Positions 36,501-46,860 of a stretch of DNA of 64,000 nt are shown one piece after another. The translations under genes were made by a program, and so were the position numbers. The stretch is from sequence record PP695294.1; one strand, written 5' to 3'. The number at the start of each line of letters is the position of its first letter. The first letter of the stretch is position 1. The notes under the pieces are model-generated. The model was given only the letters and a program-made list of their open reading frames with translations. It searched no databases and had not been told where the DNA came from.

Positions 36501-39500
36501 AAAAGACCTACGGGTTTTAACACGCCCCATTTCGTGATAGAACCGAGTATATTACCCACAGTTCCCAAGATACTGACGATGGGACCGATGATAGGTAAGC
36601 CTTTCACCATATCCCACAGACCGCCAGATTTCCCTTTGGAGCCCTGCGCTTTCTCTTTCTTCTCCTTACGTTTCTCACGCCAACGTTTGAAGAAGTTAAA
36701 GTAGTCGCGTTTTTCATCACCTTCAGGCGGCTTGTTACGTTTACCGAACTTCGCAAACATGGTACGAATAATGCCATCGTCGCCACCTGCACGGGATACT
36801 GATTCGCGCATGGTGTTAAACCACGACATCTCTTGCAAGCCAATCATTCGGTCCAAGCGTTCGAATAACCTTGCACCTGCTGACTTGGCGGCATTCTTCC
36901 CTTTGTTGATAACCCTCCCTGCTGCATCACGGGCGGTCTCAAGGTCTTCCTTCGCATCGCCGTAGACTTTACGGCCAGAAAGGCCACCTTTCGCGTTCAA
37001 ATGGCTGCGATAAAACTCAGCAACATCGTCATCGCGTCCAGCCAACCGACGTTCAACTTCGTAACGTGTAGCAATGTCGTGTCGTGCTCCACGATATCCA
37101 TCGAGCATATCCCCAGCCCGGCCTCGGAAACCACTGAACCAACCACGCAGGCGGTCACGTCCACGACCAAAGAACGCTTTTGTTCTTGACCAACGTCCAC
37201 CAAAACGTTCAGACAATGACGCTTTCGCACGATCATACGCCCCGCGTACTGCACGACCGATCGTACTACCGCCACCCCCGACGCCCTTCTCCATTTCCTC
37301 TGTCCAACTTTCGTCTTCCGGATCTCCCGGTAAACGTTGGTTCAACAGTTTATAGATACGGATAAGGATGTGGTTGGTTTTCTTGCCGGTTGATGAGAAG
37401 AGACTGAAACCACCACCCCCACCATCTTTACGGCCTTTCCACCAACGCGTCAGTGGGTTGTCGGTAATCATGTCTTTCAGACGATCGACACCACGTTTCG
37501 CAAAACCGAGCACTTTACCCGGTAAGCTCGTTACACGGTTGAACGCTTTCTGGAGACGTGTCTTTTCTTCGCCTTCCGGAATCTCGTTCAGCCAGTCCTT
37601 AATCTTACCAACGATGCTGCCCGCTTTTGGTGACAGGAAATCCAGGAACCGTTTCGGTAGCTTAGCCACCTTATTAAAGCCTAAACCAATCTTACTGGCC
37701 AGACCTTGGGTCAGCGCTTGGATTTTCCCGCCTTTATAGTAGCGGAGTTTACCGGCTGCGGCTAAGTCAGCGGCCGCTAATACCAGATTACCTGCGGAGT
37801 CAACAATATCACTCCCCAGTTTGATGTCGTCCAGTGTTTTCAACTGAACCATCTTACCATCAATAACCTGGTAGTATTCCCCAGCTTCCAGGCGTGCGCC
37901 CTGCAGAACAACATTACCGTGGTCATCGTAAATGTCGCGGATACCCAGTAGTCCTTTACCGAAAGAGCTTACTGCTTCAAAGCCCCCACGGACACTACCG
38001 CTGATAAGGCCACGCATCCGGGTTAAGAAACCAGGACCTTCTCCGCCACCCATTCCTGCGACTTTACCGCGTGCCCAGCCACCGAACTGGTTCAGTTTAT
38101 TCCAGGCACCCTTAACACCACGTTTCGCAAAGCCACCGATTCCTGCTGCGGTGTCGAACAACACACCACCCCAACGACGAATAAGCCCATCCTCACCGAT
38201 GATAATACGACGGCGTTTACCGCCACCGCTACCACCGCCAGGGCGAGGCGGGCCCATTTCTTCATCGCCAGAACCAGCACCCCCTGCTAACGAAGCCAGG
38301 AGAACCCCTTCTTCGTCCATACTTCTGACGTGTTCCAGAATTTTCTGGAGGGTGTCACTGTTGTTGTTACCCCGAATCGCTTCGATGATACCGTCAAAGT
38401 TATTCCGTGGTGCTTCTTCGCCACGGTTACGTTGACTCAACAATTCAACAAAGTTAGTCGAGGTTTCACCGTAGAGAACCGCGGCTAGCTGCCGAGGCGA
38501 CATTCCGCGGCCTTTACCACCGCCACGTAAAGCCGGCGGTAACGACGTGTCATCGGCACCACCACTTGCCCCTTGGTTCATTCGGCGCAGATAGTCGCCT
38601 AACGCCGAACCATTTTGCAGCTTACGTTGAATCTCCTGGTCACGAGTCAATGCACGCCCGCTGCGTGTCTTACCCATCGCCAAGTCATTAAACAAGGTAT
38701 AGGGATCGGACAGGTCTTTATCCACGCCGAAGGTGTCACTCTTCGCGTCGTAGTTAAAGATACCCGCATCACGCAACGCTCGCTCGCCGTAAATATTCAC
38801 CGCCTCGTCGATAATTGCCTGACGTTGGGTGATAGATGACTGCACTGTGGAGATTTTGCGAGCCAGTTCGTTACTTAATTCGTTGCTACCACCAGTAAGA
38901 CTGTCTGAATGCCCCTGTAACGCTTCCTTAATGCGTTCTGCAGAGTTTCCTGGCATATACCGATGAAGATGCATCGGGTCTTTCAGAATCGCTTCTACGT
39001 CGAATGCGCGGCCCTGCGAGGCACGTGACTCGATATAGTCGGCAAGATGCTGTCGATCCTTCTGCGAGAGCGTTTTGCCACGGTCAACAAAATCCACAGT
39101 GCTGTTAATGGAATTTTGGAGACGCAGGCGCTGCTCATCGTTTGCAACCGCTTTGCGTACACGGTTACCGACCACTTTGCGGTCTACGAAACCGCGACTG
39201 GTGATGTCGTATTCCAGATCGGCATGTTCGCCATAGCCACGACGAACAGATTTGTTAATCTCTGCCAGCCAGGCAGGAATAACTTCAACCAGGCTAAGAT
39301 ACGCTTTACGGTCAAACTTCGCCGAGCGACTTAACGTTTCGCCATTACGCTCATCGAGGAAGGCTTTCTCACGGTTTAACGGTTGGACAATACCGAGTTC
39401 ATTCAGTACCCGGAACAAATCCGCCAACGGTCCTTGCGTTTCGCCTGCGATAGCTGAGTTCGAGATAGAGGAAAGATTACCAAAGGTGAACGCGCCCTTC

Positions 39501-40651
39501 TGCAGGCGTTTCATGACCTCTGGATTTTTCTCCATCTCCTCACGAGTCCATTTCTGGAGTTTCTCGATTTGTGGGCCGAGTAGTTTCTTCGCAAGGAATC
39601 CGCTACCCCATGCAGTTGCTTTATCGCGAGCATTTGTTTTGCGACGTTCGGCAGTCAACGAAGAGCTGTCGCTCATGCCGAAATCGTCTTCAACACCCAT
39701 GCCGAGAACAGACTCTAACAAACCACGACCTTCGCCAAATATACCAGAAATTTTCTTCTTGGTATTTTCGCGAATCATGTCCATAAACCCGTCAGCATAA
39801 CGCAATGGGTTCATCCATTCCGCAGCCTGGCGTTTAACGTTCGCCCAACGGACTTCTGAGAAATCTTCCTTCGCGTAATCCGGCAGTGCCGTGTTCTTCA
39901 CGATGGCTTCTAAAGCAGGCGTGTTACGATCGAACTCCGACTGCTTCATCTTCACGATGTCTTGAATGGCGAACAGGGTGCGGTATTGCAATTCGAGCTT
40001 CTTACGCTCGATGTTTAAGAATACCCCACGGCTTAACCCGGTTAACAGGTTAATATCTTTCGCCATCCCAATCATGGTTTGGTGCATTGCATCCGCGCGC
40101 ATCTCTTTGATGCTGTCACGGAGCTTGTCCTCTACCATGCGATCCTGCAGCTGACGTTGCTCATCGGCGTCCTTTGGCACACCTGAGAATACGTCGCCCA
40201 GTTCACGATCCATCAATGCCTGATTCGGATCGTAGTTCTGGTAATCTAACTGGTCAGATTTTGACCACTTGTCGAAGCGTTTAGTAACTGCATCCGGCAA
40301 GTATTTCTTCATTGTCGGACCGAGTTGACGCGCTTGCATCTTCAGCGTGCGCTCGGTCTTCTCAAGCTCCCCTTTCGTATGGGCGTAAATGTCCTTTGCT
40401 GCAGCTGCCGCTGACTGATAGCCCTCGTATGCATCAGCTGCCGGCTTAGGCATCCCCTTGAGGATAACTTGGTCGCGTTTCCCTTCTGGCCAGATAGTTG
40501 ACAACGCCGACTTCCTGGCAACATTCAGGGTACTGAGTATCGGGCTTCGTTTTTTCTCGTCTTTGGGACGGGGTGGTTCACCGAAATCATCCCAGTCGTC
40601 GAGTCTATCTAAATCGATATCATCGAAACCGTCTTTGCCTCTTTTTGCCAT
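33530..40651 (-). CDS. Tail tape measure / tail-associated lytic transglycosylase, 2373 aa (phiKZ gp181-like)
   Basis: Long helical protein with G-rich and hydrophobic segments; C-terminal SLT domain AMAKAESGFN...ASGLFQFVNGTW...DPWANA...YLYHFLGAGG. Confidence 0.9.
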   Translation of the reverse strand: MAKRGKDGFDDIDLDRLDDWDDFGEPPRPKDEKKRSPILSTLNVARKSALSTIWPEGKRDQVILKGMPKPAADAYEGYQSAAAAAKDIYAHTKGELEKTERTLKMQARQLGPTMKKYLPDAVTKRFDKWSKSDQLDYQNYDPNQALMDRELGDVFSGVPKDADEQRQLQDRMVEDKLRDSIKEMRADAMHQTMIGMAKDINLLTGLSRGVFLNIERKKLELQYRTLFAIQDIVKMKQSEFDRNTPALEAIVKNTALPDYAKEDFSEVRWANVKRQAAEWMNPLRYADGFMDMIRENTKKKISGIFGEGRGLLESVLGMGVEDDFGMSDSSSLTAERRKTNARDKATAWGSGFLAKKLLGPQIEKLQKWTREEMEKNPEVMKRLQKGAFTFGNLSSISNSAIAGETQGPLADLFRVLNELGIVQPLNREKAFLDERNGETLSRSAKFDRKAYLSLVEVIPAWLAEINKSVRRGYGEHADLEYDITSRGFVDRKVVGNRVRKAVANDEQRLRLQNSINSTVDFVDRGKTLSQKDRQHLADYIESRASQGRAFDVEAILKDPMHLHRYMPGNSAERIKEALQGHSDSLTGGSNELSNELARKISTVQSSITQRQAIIDEAVNIYGERALRDAGIFNYDAKSDTFGVDKDLSDPYTLFNDLAMGKTRSGRALTRDQEIQRKLQNGSALGDYLRRMNQGASGGADDTSLPPALRGGGKGRGMSPRQLAAVLYGETSTNFVELLSQRNRGEEAPRNNFDGIIEAIRGNNNSDTLQKILEHVRSMDEEGVLLASLAGGAGSGDEEMGPPRPGGGSGGGKRRRIIIGEDGLIRRWGGVLFDTAAGIGGFAKRGVKGAWNKLNQFGGWARGKVAGMGGGEGPGFLTRMRGLISGSVRGGFEAVSSFGKGLLGIRDIYDDHGNVVLQGARLEAGEYYQVIDGKMVQLKTLDDIKLGSDIVDSAGNLVLAAADLAAAGKLRYYKGGKIQALTQGLASKIGLGFNKVAKLPKRFLDFLSPKAGSIVGKIKDWLNEIPEGEEKTRLQKAFNRVTSLPGKVLGFAKRGVDRLKDMITDNPLTRWWKGRKDGGGGGFSLFSSTGKKTNHILIRIYKLLNQRLPGDPEDESWTEEMEKGVGGGGSTIGRAVRGAYDRAKASLSERFGGRWSRTKAFFGRGRDRLRGWFSGFRGRAGDMLDGYRGARHDIATRYEVERRLAGRDDDVAEFYRSHLNAKGGLSGRKVYGDAKEDLETARDAAGRVINKGKNAAKSAGARLFERLDRMIGLQEMSWFNTMRESVSRAGGDDGIIRTMFAKFGKRNKPPEGDEKRDYFNFFKRWREKRKEKKEKAQGSKGKSGGLWDMVKGLPIIGPIVSILGTVGNILGSITKWGVLKPVGLLGKAAWNVGKFAVTRLAAPAVSAVATAASAVVTAVGWPAILIGGAIAAAGYAAYKIATTTYTQYLDKMRLAQYGFRDYDKWSSDDGAKARYLEDALREYVSYAEDGQASLRGLSGKDVQKLAEGFGINVEEKGEMLAFQAFMLQRFIPIYLRWITALKSMPNSIQLADVGDAKKVSKEDMQTLFNKMKMTKDAKAFSSLTDPRKVNQGFFSKAWDVVTFTPKEFLSGEEVMEVQNEVERAIKFRMDDKKARKYGMAPAVEGIKSAGVDEAINKLGQLDNERNKNLAKVEGWEDGTEQVQIQVDWNAVLDQKDMNAMESVRWKTYGFTTIDNATRTLITVFEKNVIKDIDVKTASYKGDWKKAIASMVPDAIGTPKEDRLKRWFFDRFLPVFMTYLVGVKRYLPTADPLNLKLTGGYLYEISLMMSTAYSLKGGIRQSVWEVNINPLGGDANTNPSSIKAELETLKLLSKEADLAVRNMIKAIKNNGKRARWKDRNKNRSSLEVTGEDEEDSNISSGDSLSSDGARASGYIPSGTSGGVPGNLGQVVDAVGGVRNYAAMTTGSSSINLSDVKDGDYKSLAEKYPIEMLGRKGALNVPNIKALITDAANMMGVPPAVALAMAKAESGFNYTAKNPYASASGLFQFVNGTWDGMMKGYSRKFGIPRVNQMDPWANAILGVQFIRDNIQQAQRDLGGKAPPPAVAYLYHFLGAGGGKKFLEAWKRNPNMAASSAPGITSAILRGNANVFYSNGRIRSVDGVIQELNRRMGAISANEVAADPSKTKDMVAGLSPNSPTNPAAAMGAPAANDPSLSPADNLPADNANRRDDALTQKGAMAAQDAMATAAGNVGPAAPTPTTGGTGTSDASTTAETVASQAAAEGLSATDVAKVKAGAEAQVNAAARPVAAPTSDATASTPTLNGDPIDVQQLKVLIQSRDYLKEIRDILKSNPRAANDTRGGSIQQAANVPPPGSAARRQEITQPTPSLNVSRKAS

Positions 40652-40681
40652 AATGTTTCTTCCAATTCAGGAGCCTAAAAA

Positions 40682-42295
40682 GTGAGAAAGCTTAACTGGG
40701 TAGATTTTTATCTACTGAACGTTAATAAGTCCCTGGTGTCGCATTTAAAACCAGTTACAACAACAGACACCTTTCAGGGACTGACGAAAAACTTTCACCC
40801 TGAAGGACTGTATTCAACCGAAATTTTTGGCCTCACAGGGAGCGAAGCACGAGACTCAACGTTCTCGTACATTGATATCAAACTGGATATCATTTCGCCG
40901 ACCGTTTGTTTGGCATTGTTCCAGCTGAAACAGCTGTACGAAGAAATCTGTTCCGGGAAGCGATTCGCTATCTGGAATGAGAAAGAAAAAGACTTCGAGC
41001 CGGCTCTGCCCAGTGATAAAGGTGCAGACACCGGCTTCAACTTCTTCCTACGCTACTACGAACAACTGACTCCGGGTCGCAACGAGTCGATGCGCCGTGA
41101 CGAGACAGTCGATTTCTTCAATAAGTTCCGTCCGGTCAGTCTCAGCCGCTATGTGCTGGTTCTGCCTGCGGGATTACGTGATTTGGTCATTCGTCAGGAT
41201 GGCCGCGACCAAGAAGAAGAGATTGGCGGACTCTACCGTCGTCTGATTTCTCTGGCGCGTGCAATCCCCGACCGCAGTACGCGAACGGAACTGACTGACC
41301 CGGTTCGCTGGAAGCTCCAACAAACCTTTAATGACATCTGGATGTACTTCTTCAACATCCAGGATGGTAAAGGTGGTTTTGCACGTCGTAAAGTGACGTC
41401 ACGTAAGTTAATGAACGGTACGCGTAACGTACTGTCTTCATTCTCAACCGGTTCCAAGGTCATGGGTCGCGAAGATGCGATTCGTCCAACGGATACCCGT
41501 ATCGGTTTGTACCAAACCCTGAAGGCATTACTGCCTGTGGCTCAATACCACATCCGTGAACGTTACCTCAGTAACATCCGGGCAGGGGACGGCAACTTAT
41601 ACGGCGTTAACACCAAAACACTCAAGCGTGAGTTCCTGGAAGTCTCCGGGCGGGTGTATGACCTTTTCACTACCGACGATGGCATCGAAACACTCATCAA
41701 CAGAATGGAAGCGCGCGAGCTTCGACATAAACCGCTGATGATTGATCCGGACCATTACGTGGCATTAATCTACCAAGACAAACGCAGCTTCAAAATCTTT
41801 TACGATATTGAAGACCTGCCGGAAGGACGTGACCGTAAGCTTGTCCGCGGACTGAGCTTAGCGGAACTCCTCTATTTGTCAGGTTACGATATTTGGAATG
41901 ACTACTTCTCGTTCATCACGCGTTATCCGGTTACGGGACGCGGTTCGACTTACTCCTCGACCATAAGATTGGAGACCACCACTTCTTCCCTCTATTTGCA
42001 TGAACTGGAAGACGATTGGGTCACGTTAAAAGAGAAGGGTGCAATTAGTTTCCCTGACCGTACCGTGAAAACCTTTGTGGAATCCATGGCACCACATCCA
42101 TCCCGATTAGGTGGATTGGGTGGTGACTACGATGGTGACACCGGCTCAGCAAACTGCCCGATGTCAACCGAAGCGCTCGAGGAAAATCGGAAGTGGGTCA
42201 GTTCGAAAAACTACTGGTTTGCAACAGACGGCAGTTTCAAAATCAATCCGGTTAACAACGTGATTAAAAGAACGACTGCTGCGCTGTTGAAATGA
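40682..42295 (+). CDS. Virion RNA polymerase beta' subunit, N-terminal part with catalytic motif (phiKZ gp180-like)
   Basis: GLYSTEIFG, VLPAGLR, RYP, LGGDYDGD (NADFDGD equivalent); GTG start with AGGAG. Confidence 0.92.
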   Translation: MRKLNWVDFYLLNVNKSLVSHLKPVTTTDTFQGLTKNFHPEGLYSTEIFGLTGSEARDSTFSYIDIKLDIISPTVCLALFQLKQLYEEICSGKRFAIWNEKEKDFEPALPSDKGADTGFNFFLRYYEQLTPGRNESMRRDETVDFFNKFRPVSLSRYVLVLPAGLRDLVIRQDGRDQEEEIGGLYRRLISLARAIPDRSTRTELTDPVRWKLQQTFNDIWMYFFNIQDGKGGFARRKVTSRKLMNGTRNVLSSFSTGSKVMGREDAIRPTDTRIGLYQTLKALLPVAQYHIRERYLSNIRAGDGNLYGVNTKTLKREFLEVSGRVYDLFTTDDGIETLINRMEARELRHKPLMIDPDHYVALIYQDKRSFKIFYDIEDLPEGRDRKLVRGLSLAELLYLSGYDIWNDYFSFITRYPVTGRGSTYSSTIRLETTTSSLYLHELEDDWVTLKEKGAISFPDRTVKTFVESMAPHPSRLGGLGGDYDGDTGSANCPMSTEALEENRKWVSSKNYWFATDGSFKINPVNNVIKRTTAALLK

Positions 42296-42313
42296 TACCC
42301 ATAAGGCACATGT

Positions 42314-45300
42314 ATGATTTTTCTGAAACAGTTTAACCAGCGCTTTACCGTGCGCAAGACCGATGAGTTCGGTCGTCCGCGTATTATCCCGCTGGAGAAG
42401 CTCCAGCTCCCACGTGGTTCCATCTACCACACCATCGATTTAGACCAGGTGGTTTTAGCACCACCGTTAACCACACCATGTTTTGGTCAGCTGGAAAAAC
42501 CGGCGATGATTCGTCACCACTTCCAGCTGCCTGAAGACGGCATTATTGGCCACCCGCGTAAGAAACCGGTTGTTGGTCAAGAGCGCCAAATCTTCCAGTA
42601 CCATCGTAACAACCGTCGTATTCGTCGCATGATTGAAGACGGCGTGGTACGTTCCGATCCGAAAGTGCTGCTCATCGAAAACTACACCCCGATGCTGCCG
42701 CATTATTTCTACCCAGATACTTTGATGTCCTGGTACGAACGTCTGCACAACATTCAGCTGCTGATAACTAACCAGATGAAAACTGACTCACGTGAGTACA
42801 TGCGTCAGAACTACTACATCATCGAACTGGGTAACGTACTGCCTTCTTTCGATCGTTTTAAAATGACGTATAACGATCGTGTTAAAACCAAACTGGAGCA
42901 CTTTAAAGACTTTAACCTGCTGTGGTTACTGGAGTTGTTCGGTTGGGTGTACGGCGATCAGCAAGCAACACTGTTTGACGGTATGGACATGAACCAGCTG
43001 TCACGTGTGAACTTTATCTTCACACACAACGGTGGTTTTACATCCATGAACATGGGTGTAATTGAAAGAATGCGTAAGTCTGCCGGTGGTCGTTTGACTG
43101 ACGTGCAGATGGGCAGAATGTTCTACCGTACACTGACTACGGTGATGACCACACCGCCGTCTACCGACTACGAAGATGACGAGTTCGTTACACCGGAAGG
43201 GGACGAACGCGTACATCTGGGAGAGGACGACGATGCTGTTGAAACCGTTGCCAGTAAACCGGAAGAAAGCCTCGATATCGTCGACGATGAAGCAACACAA
43301 AGCGACAACGTTGACGATACATTGAACGATCATGAGTTCGATGAGAAAGAAGATCTGGTCATCGAAGCGCCGAAAGAAGATGTCAAACCAACCACCATCG
43401 TCGTAGAACGCACCATCCCACACGATGCTGTGATTAAACAGGAAGTTGAGCGCCTGGCAGAAGCGGGCCGCGTCACCGCCAAAGCGTATCAGTTCCTGAA
43501 CGAATCTTCTAAACGTTTCGTAAACTTACCCAACCCGTACAATCCTAAAGAGACGTACGGCGAAGGTCTGACCATCGATCCGAAGAAACTCGAAGTTAAA
43601 GCCGAGCCTAAGAAGATTGAACGCTTAGTTACGGATGAAGCCTGGGCGGAAAATACCACCGACCAAATCATTCGTCAGTACAACCAGGAAATCTTCCCGA
43701 AAGATATTCTGGGGGCAGTAGCGTCATCTCAGCGTCTCGGTTTGGCGATTCACAATCACACTGTTGAGAAAGAGATTTCCGTTACCGGGAATATCGAACA
43801 CCACACGTTGCGTATTCAGCCGATTGGCGGAGAACCAACCACGGTACGTTTCTCAATTCCTGCATTAACCGAAGACGGTACTTGGGTTGCGAATGGTGTG
43901 GAATATACAATGCGTCGTCAGCGCGTTGATGTTCCTATCCGTAAAGTGTCCCACGATACCGTAGCGTTAACCACTGCCTACGGGAAGAACTTTGTCCGTC
44001 GCAGTGATAAAGTCGTCAATGATTACGGACGTTGGCTCACTAACGCGATTATTACTCGCGCGGTCGATCCAAAGAACACCGAAATCACTGATGCAAAACT
44101 GGCGAATGTGTTCGATCCGCTGTCTAAACTGCCGCGTCAGTACACCGAGGTGGCACGTCGTGTAGCAGCGTTCAACGCAATTGGGTACCAATGGAACTTT
44201 GACATTAAACAGAAAGCGGCATTCTTTAACGAAGGGCAACTGGCAGACGCGGACCGTGTCGAGCTGGTACCTGTGGCGAAGAAACCGCGGAGTCATGTCA
44301 TCGTCGGTATGGATAAAAACTCCCAGCTCTATCGAGTGGATAAGGATAAGACCGAACCACTGGGTACACTCGCCGAGGTCTTTGGCGTGGACACCTCTAA
44401 GGCTCCACGAGAAATGACCGAACTGTCACTGATGGGCAAATCAATCTCGCTGGGCTTTGTGTTTTCGTACTATCTCGGGTTAACCGGGATGTTGAAACAC
44501 TTTGGTATCAGTTACGAGGTTCTCTCTGTCGGACAACGTATCGATAAAGGTCAGTTCGACTCCATTATTCGTCTCCAGGATGCGAAAATTGCAATTGTCT
44601 GCGAGAACGATCAACAGAGGATGATTGTCAACGGCTTAGACCGTTACATTAAACACTTTACCACGTATACCGAGTCGGAAGTTGACCGGGAAGACATTTA
44701 TCTGAACCTGTTACGCGATGCAGATGGGCTAACACCACGCTACATCAAAGAGCTGAAGCTGATGCGGACCGCATTTGTTGACGACATGCACGCGCGTATC
44801 CTCAGGAAAATGGGCGAGCCGGAAACCTTTATCGGCTTACTGGAGCGTTCTAACGAACTGCTGCAGACGGACCACACGTTACCGGAAATTAACGGTGACG
44901 AAATGATGTTCATCGGGAACCAACGTATTTCGTATCACATCTACACCGCGATGGTGCGGGCGATGCGTAACTACAACAACGCGCCTAACTCGAATCGTAA
45001 GTTTGAGTTGACGCAGGACATGGTCTGGGGTGCAATTAACTCCGACCCGTCTGTTCTACTGGCTCCTGGTGCAAACCCGGTACAGAACATCAAAGAAAAA
45101 GATGTTGTTACCATGGGCGGTACAGGTGGTCGTAACCGCAAGACCATGGTCTACAGTACCCGTGAATTCCAACCGAGCGACCTGGGGATTGTCTCCGGTA
45201 ACACGGTCGATAACGGCGATGTAGGTATCACCGCCTTTGCAACAAACAATCCGCGTTACGACACCGTGGACGGCACGACCTTTAAAAAGGACCTCGATAA

Positions 45301-46519
45301 GCTGAAGCCAGGTGAGGCACTGTCATTTATTGATGGCTTGGTGCCGGATACCCTGATGGACGATGCTAAGCGTCAGAACTTCGTTGGGATTCAATTCGGT
45401 TCTGCGACCAGTTGTGTTGGCGCAACCACCACACCGTATCGTACCGAGCAAGAAAAGTTCGTGGCACACCGTACTTCTGTGAAGCACGCACGCGTAATCG
45501 ATAAACCAGGCAAGATTGTGGAGGTTCTTAACGACCACGTTAAAATCAAATACGACGACGGAGAGGAAGAAGCTTTCCCACTGGGCCGTTGGTTCGGTCC
45601 GCACGAAGGGACTTACTACCCACACACTCTGGTAACGAAATGGAAGCGCGGAGATAAACTCCCTGCCGGTGCCGTTATCACGTACAACGAACAACACTTT
45701 GAACCAGACATCTACGATCCAACGCAGGTCAGTTTTAAAAACGGGATACTGGCAACTGTCGCTTTGATTGAAGGGGAAGAAGTAATTGAGGACTCCAACG
45801 CCATTAGTGAGCGGTTCGCTGCTAAGGCTGAAGCCGATGTTACCAAACTCAAAGAAGTCACAATGACGTTTACCCAGAACCTGTTGGAGATGGTAAAAGA
45901 AGGGGACCACGTAGACGTGGATTCAATTCTATGCACCTTCACCGACAACCTGACCGGCGATATGAGCGGGTTCAGTAAAGAAGCAGCGGAAACGCTGCGT
46001 GAGTTAAGCTCCTTTGCACCACGCTCTGGTGTTCGTGGGTTTATCGACAAAATCGAAGTGGTTTACCACGGCGAGGTGGAAGATATGACCCCGTCTTTGG
46101 CGGAGATGGTTCGTAAATACGACCGTATACGTCGGAAGACTGCGCTGGCTCTCAAACGTGACGAGCCGAAGGACGGTCGAGTCAACGGTGATTTTCGTGT
46201 TGAGGGGGTGCCGTTAGCGTACAATAGCCTGTGTGTCCGATTCTACATCACACACCGGGTAGAGATGGCAGCAGCGGATAAGATGGTTATTGCTAACCAG
46301 CTGAAAACGACGGTTCAGGAAGTGATGTATGGAACCAACAAAACGGAAGACGGGCAGGAACTCGACATTATCTTTGGTCGTGATTCCGTCGACGCACGTA
46401 TCGTAGGTTCTATCATGCGCATCGGAACCACCAACGCTGTCGGGTATCGTGGTGGGGAGAATATCGGACGCATCTTAGATGGTGAAGACGTCCCAGCCTT
46501 GCCGGCTAAAATCAACTAA
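42314..46519 (+). CDS. Virion RNA polymerase beta subunit, N-terminal part (phiKZ gp178-like)
   Basis: NGVEYTMRRQ, TVDNGDVG, MDDAKRQNF, EDSNAISE, ADKMVIANQLKT, DIIFGRDSVDARI. Confidence 0.92.
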   Translation: MIFLKQFNQRFTVRKTDEFGRPRIIPLEKLQLPRGSIYHTIDLDQVVLAPPLTTPCFGQLEKPAMIRHHFQLPEDGIIGHPRKKPVVGQERQIFQYHRNNRRIRRMIEDGVVRSDPKVLLIENYTPMLPHYFYPDTLMSWYERLHNIQLLITNQMKTDSREYMRQNYYIIELGNVLPSFDRFKMTYNDRVKTKLEHFKDFNLLWLLELFGWVYGDQQATLFDGMDMNQLSRVNFIFTHNGGFTSMNMGVIERMRKSAGGRLTDVQMGRMFYRTLTTVMTTPPSTDYEDDEFVTPEGDERVHLGEDDDAVETVASKPEESLDIVDDEATQSDNVDDTLNDHEFDEKEDLVIEAPKEDVKPTTIVVERTIPHDAVIKQEVERLAEAGRVTAKAYQFLNESSKRFVNLPNPYNPKETYGEGLTIDPKKLEVKAEPKKIERLVTDEAWAENTTDQIIRQYNQEIFPKDILGAVASSQRLGLAIHNHTVEKEISVTGNIEHHTLRIQPIGGEPTTVRFSIPALTEDGTWVANGVEYTMRRQRVDVPIRKVSHDTVALTTAYGKNFVRRSDKVVNDYGRWLTNAIITRAVDPKNTEITDAKLANVFDPLSKLPRQYTEVARRVAAFNAIGYQWNFDIKQKAAFFNEGQLADADRVELVPVAKKPRSHVIVGMDKNSQLYRVDKDKTEPLGTLAEVFGVDTSKAPREMTELSLMGKSISLGFVFSYYLGLTGMLKHFGISYEVLSVGQRIDKGQFDSIIRLQDAKIAIVCENDQQRMIVNGLDRYIKHFTTYTESEVDREDIYLNLLRDADGLTPRYIKELKLMRTAFVDDMHARILRKMGEPETFIGLLERSNELLQTDHTLPEINGDEMMFIGNQRISYHIYTAMVRAMRNYNNAPNSNRKFELTQDMVWGAINSDPSVLLAPGANPVQNIKEKDVVTMGGTGGRNRKTMVYSTREFQPSDLGIVSGNTVDNGDVGITAFATNNPRYDTVDGTTFKKDLDKLKPGEALSFIDGLVPDTLMDDAKRQNFVGIQFGSATSCVGATTTPYRTEQEKFVAHRTSVKHARVIDKPGKIVEVLNDHVKIKYDDGEEEAFPLGRWFGPHEGTYYPHTLVTKWKRGDKLPAGAVITYNEQHFEPDIYDPTQVSFKNGILATVALIEGEEVIEDSNAISERFAAKAEADVTKLKEVTMTFTQNLLEMVKEGDHVDVDSILCTFTDNLTGDMSGFSKEAAETLRELSSFAPRSGVRGFIDKIEVVYHGEVEDMTPSLAEMVRKYDRIRRKTALALKRDEPKDGRVNGDFRVEGVPLAYNSLCVRFYITHRVEMAAADKMVIANQLKTTVQEVMYGTNKTEDGQELDIIFGRDSVDARIVGSIMRIGTTNAVGYRGGENIGRILDGEDVPALPAKIN

Positions 46520-46566
46520 TGTAGGGCGGGTCGCTCCCGCCCGGTAAATAAACTCCGGAGTTAATA

Positions 46567-46860
46567 ATGGGAATTTTAGATACGCTCAAGCAGCAGCATG
46601 GGATTCCGGTGGGCCGTAATAGCACGAATCCGGAAACGGAAGGTTATTCCCCACAGCAACGCATGAACTTTGTTGTTCTGGGCAATGCGGTTGAATTGGC
46701 CACCGAAATTATTCACGGACTGCTGAAGGGCAGCAATGGCCTGTCTGACCGCATGGGCGATCAGCGTTTGCTGAAACGAGACATCGCTGATATGGTGGGT
46801 GCGCGTATTACTGGTCGCATCCAGGATTCCATCAGCACCAAAAACGGGGGTCAGGCATGA
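46567..46860 (+). CDS. Hypothetical (probable virion) protein, 97 aa
   Basis: GGAG RBS; ATGA-coupled to the next gene. Confidence 0.75.
   Translation: MGILDTLKQQHGIPVGRNSTNPETEGYSPQQRMNFVVLGNAVELATEIIHGLLKGSNGLSDRMGDQRLLKRDIADMVGARITGRIQDSISTKNGGQA

Noticed and set aside
37488-38135. Repeated ACACCACGTTTCGCAAA (GFAKRGV twice) in the tape measure gene
   Set aside because: Ordinary short protein repeat in a tape measure; not an array or att site.
37368-39800. Several 120-180 aa + strand ORFs inside the tape measure gene
   Set aside because: Antisense shadows of the Gly/Ala-rich coding strand (poly-Pro runs mirror Gly codons).
33530-40681. Tail assembly chaperone with programmed frameshift upstream of the tape measure
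   Set aside because: The upstream neighbour is the divergent vRNAP gene; no such ORF pair is present.
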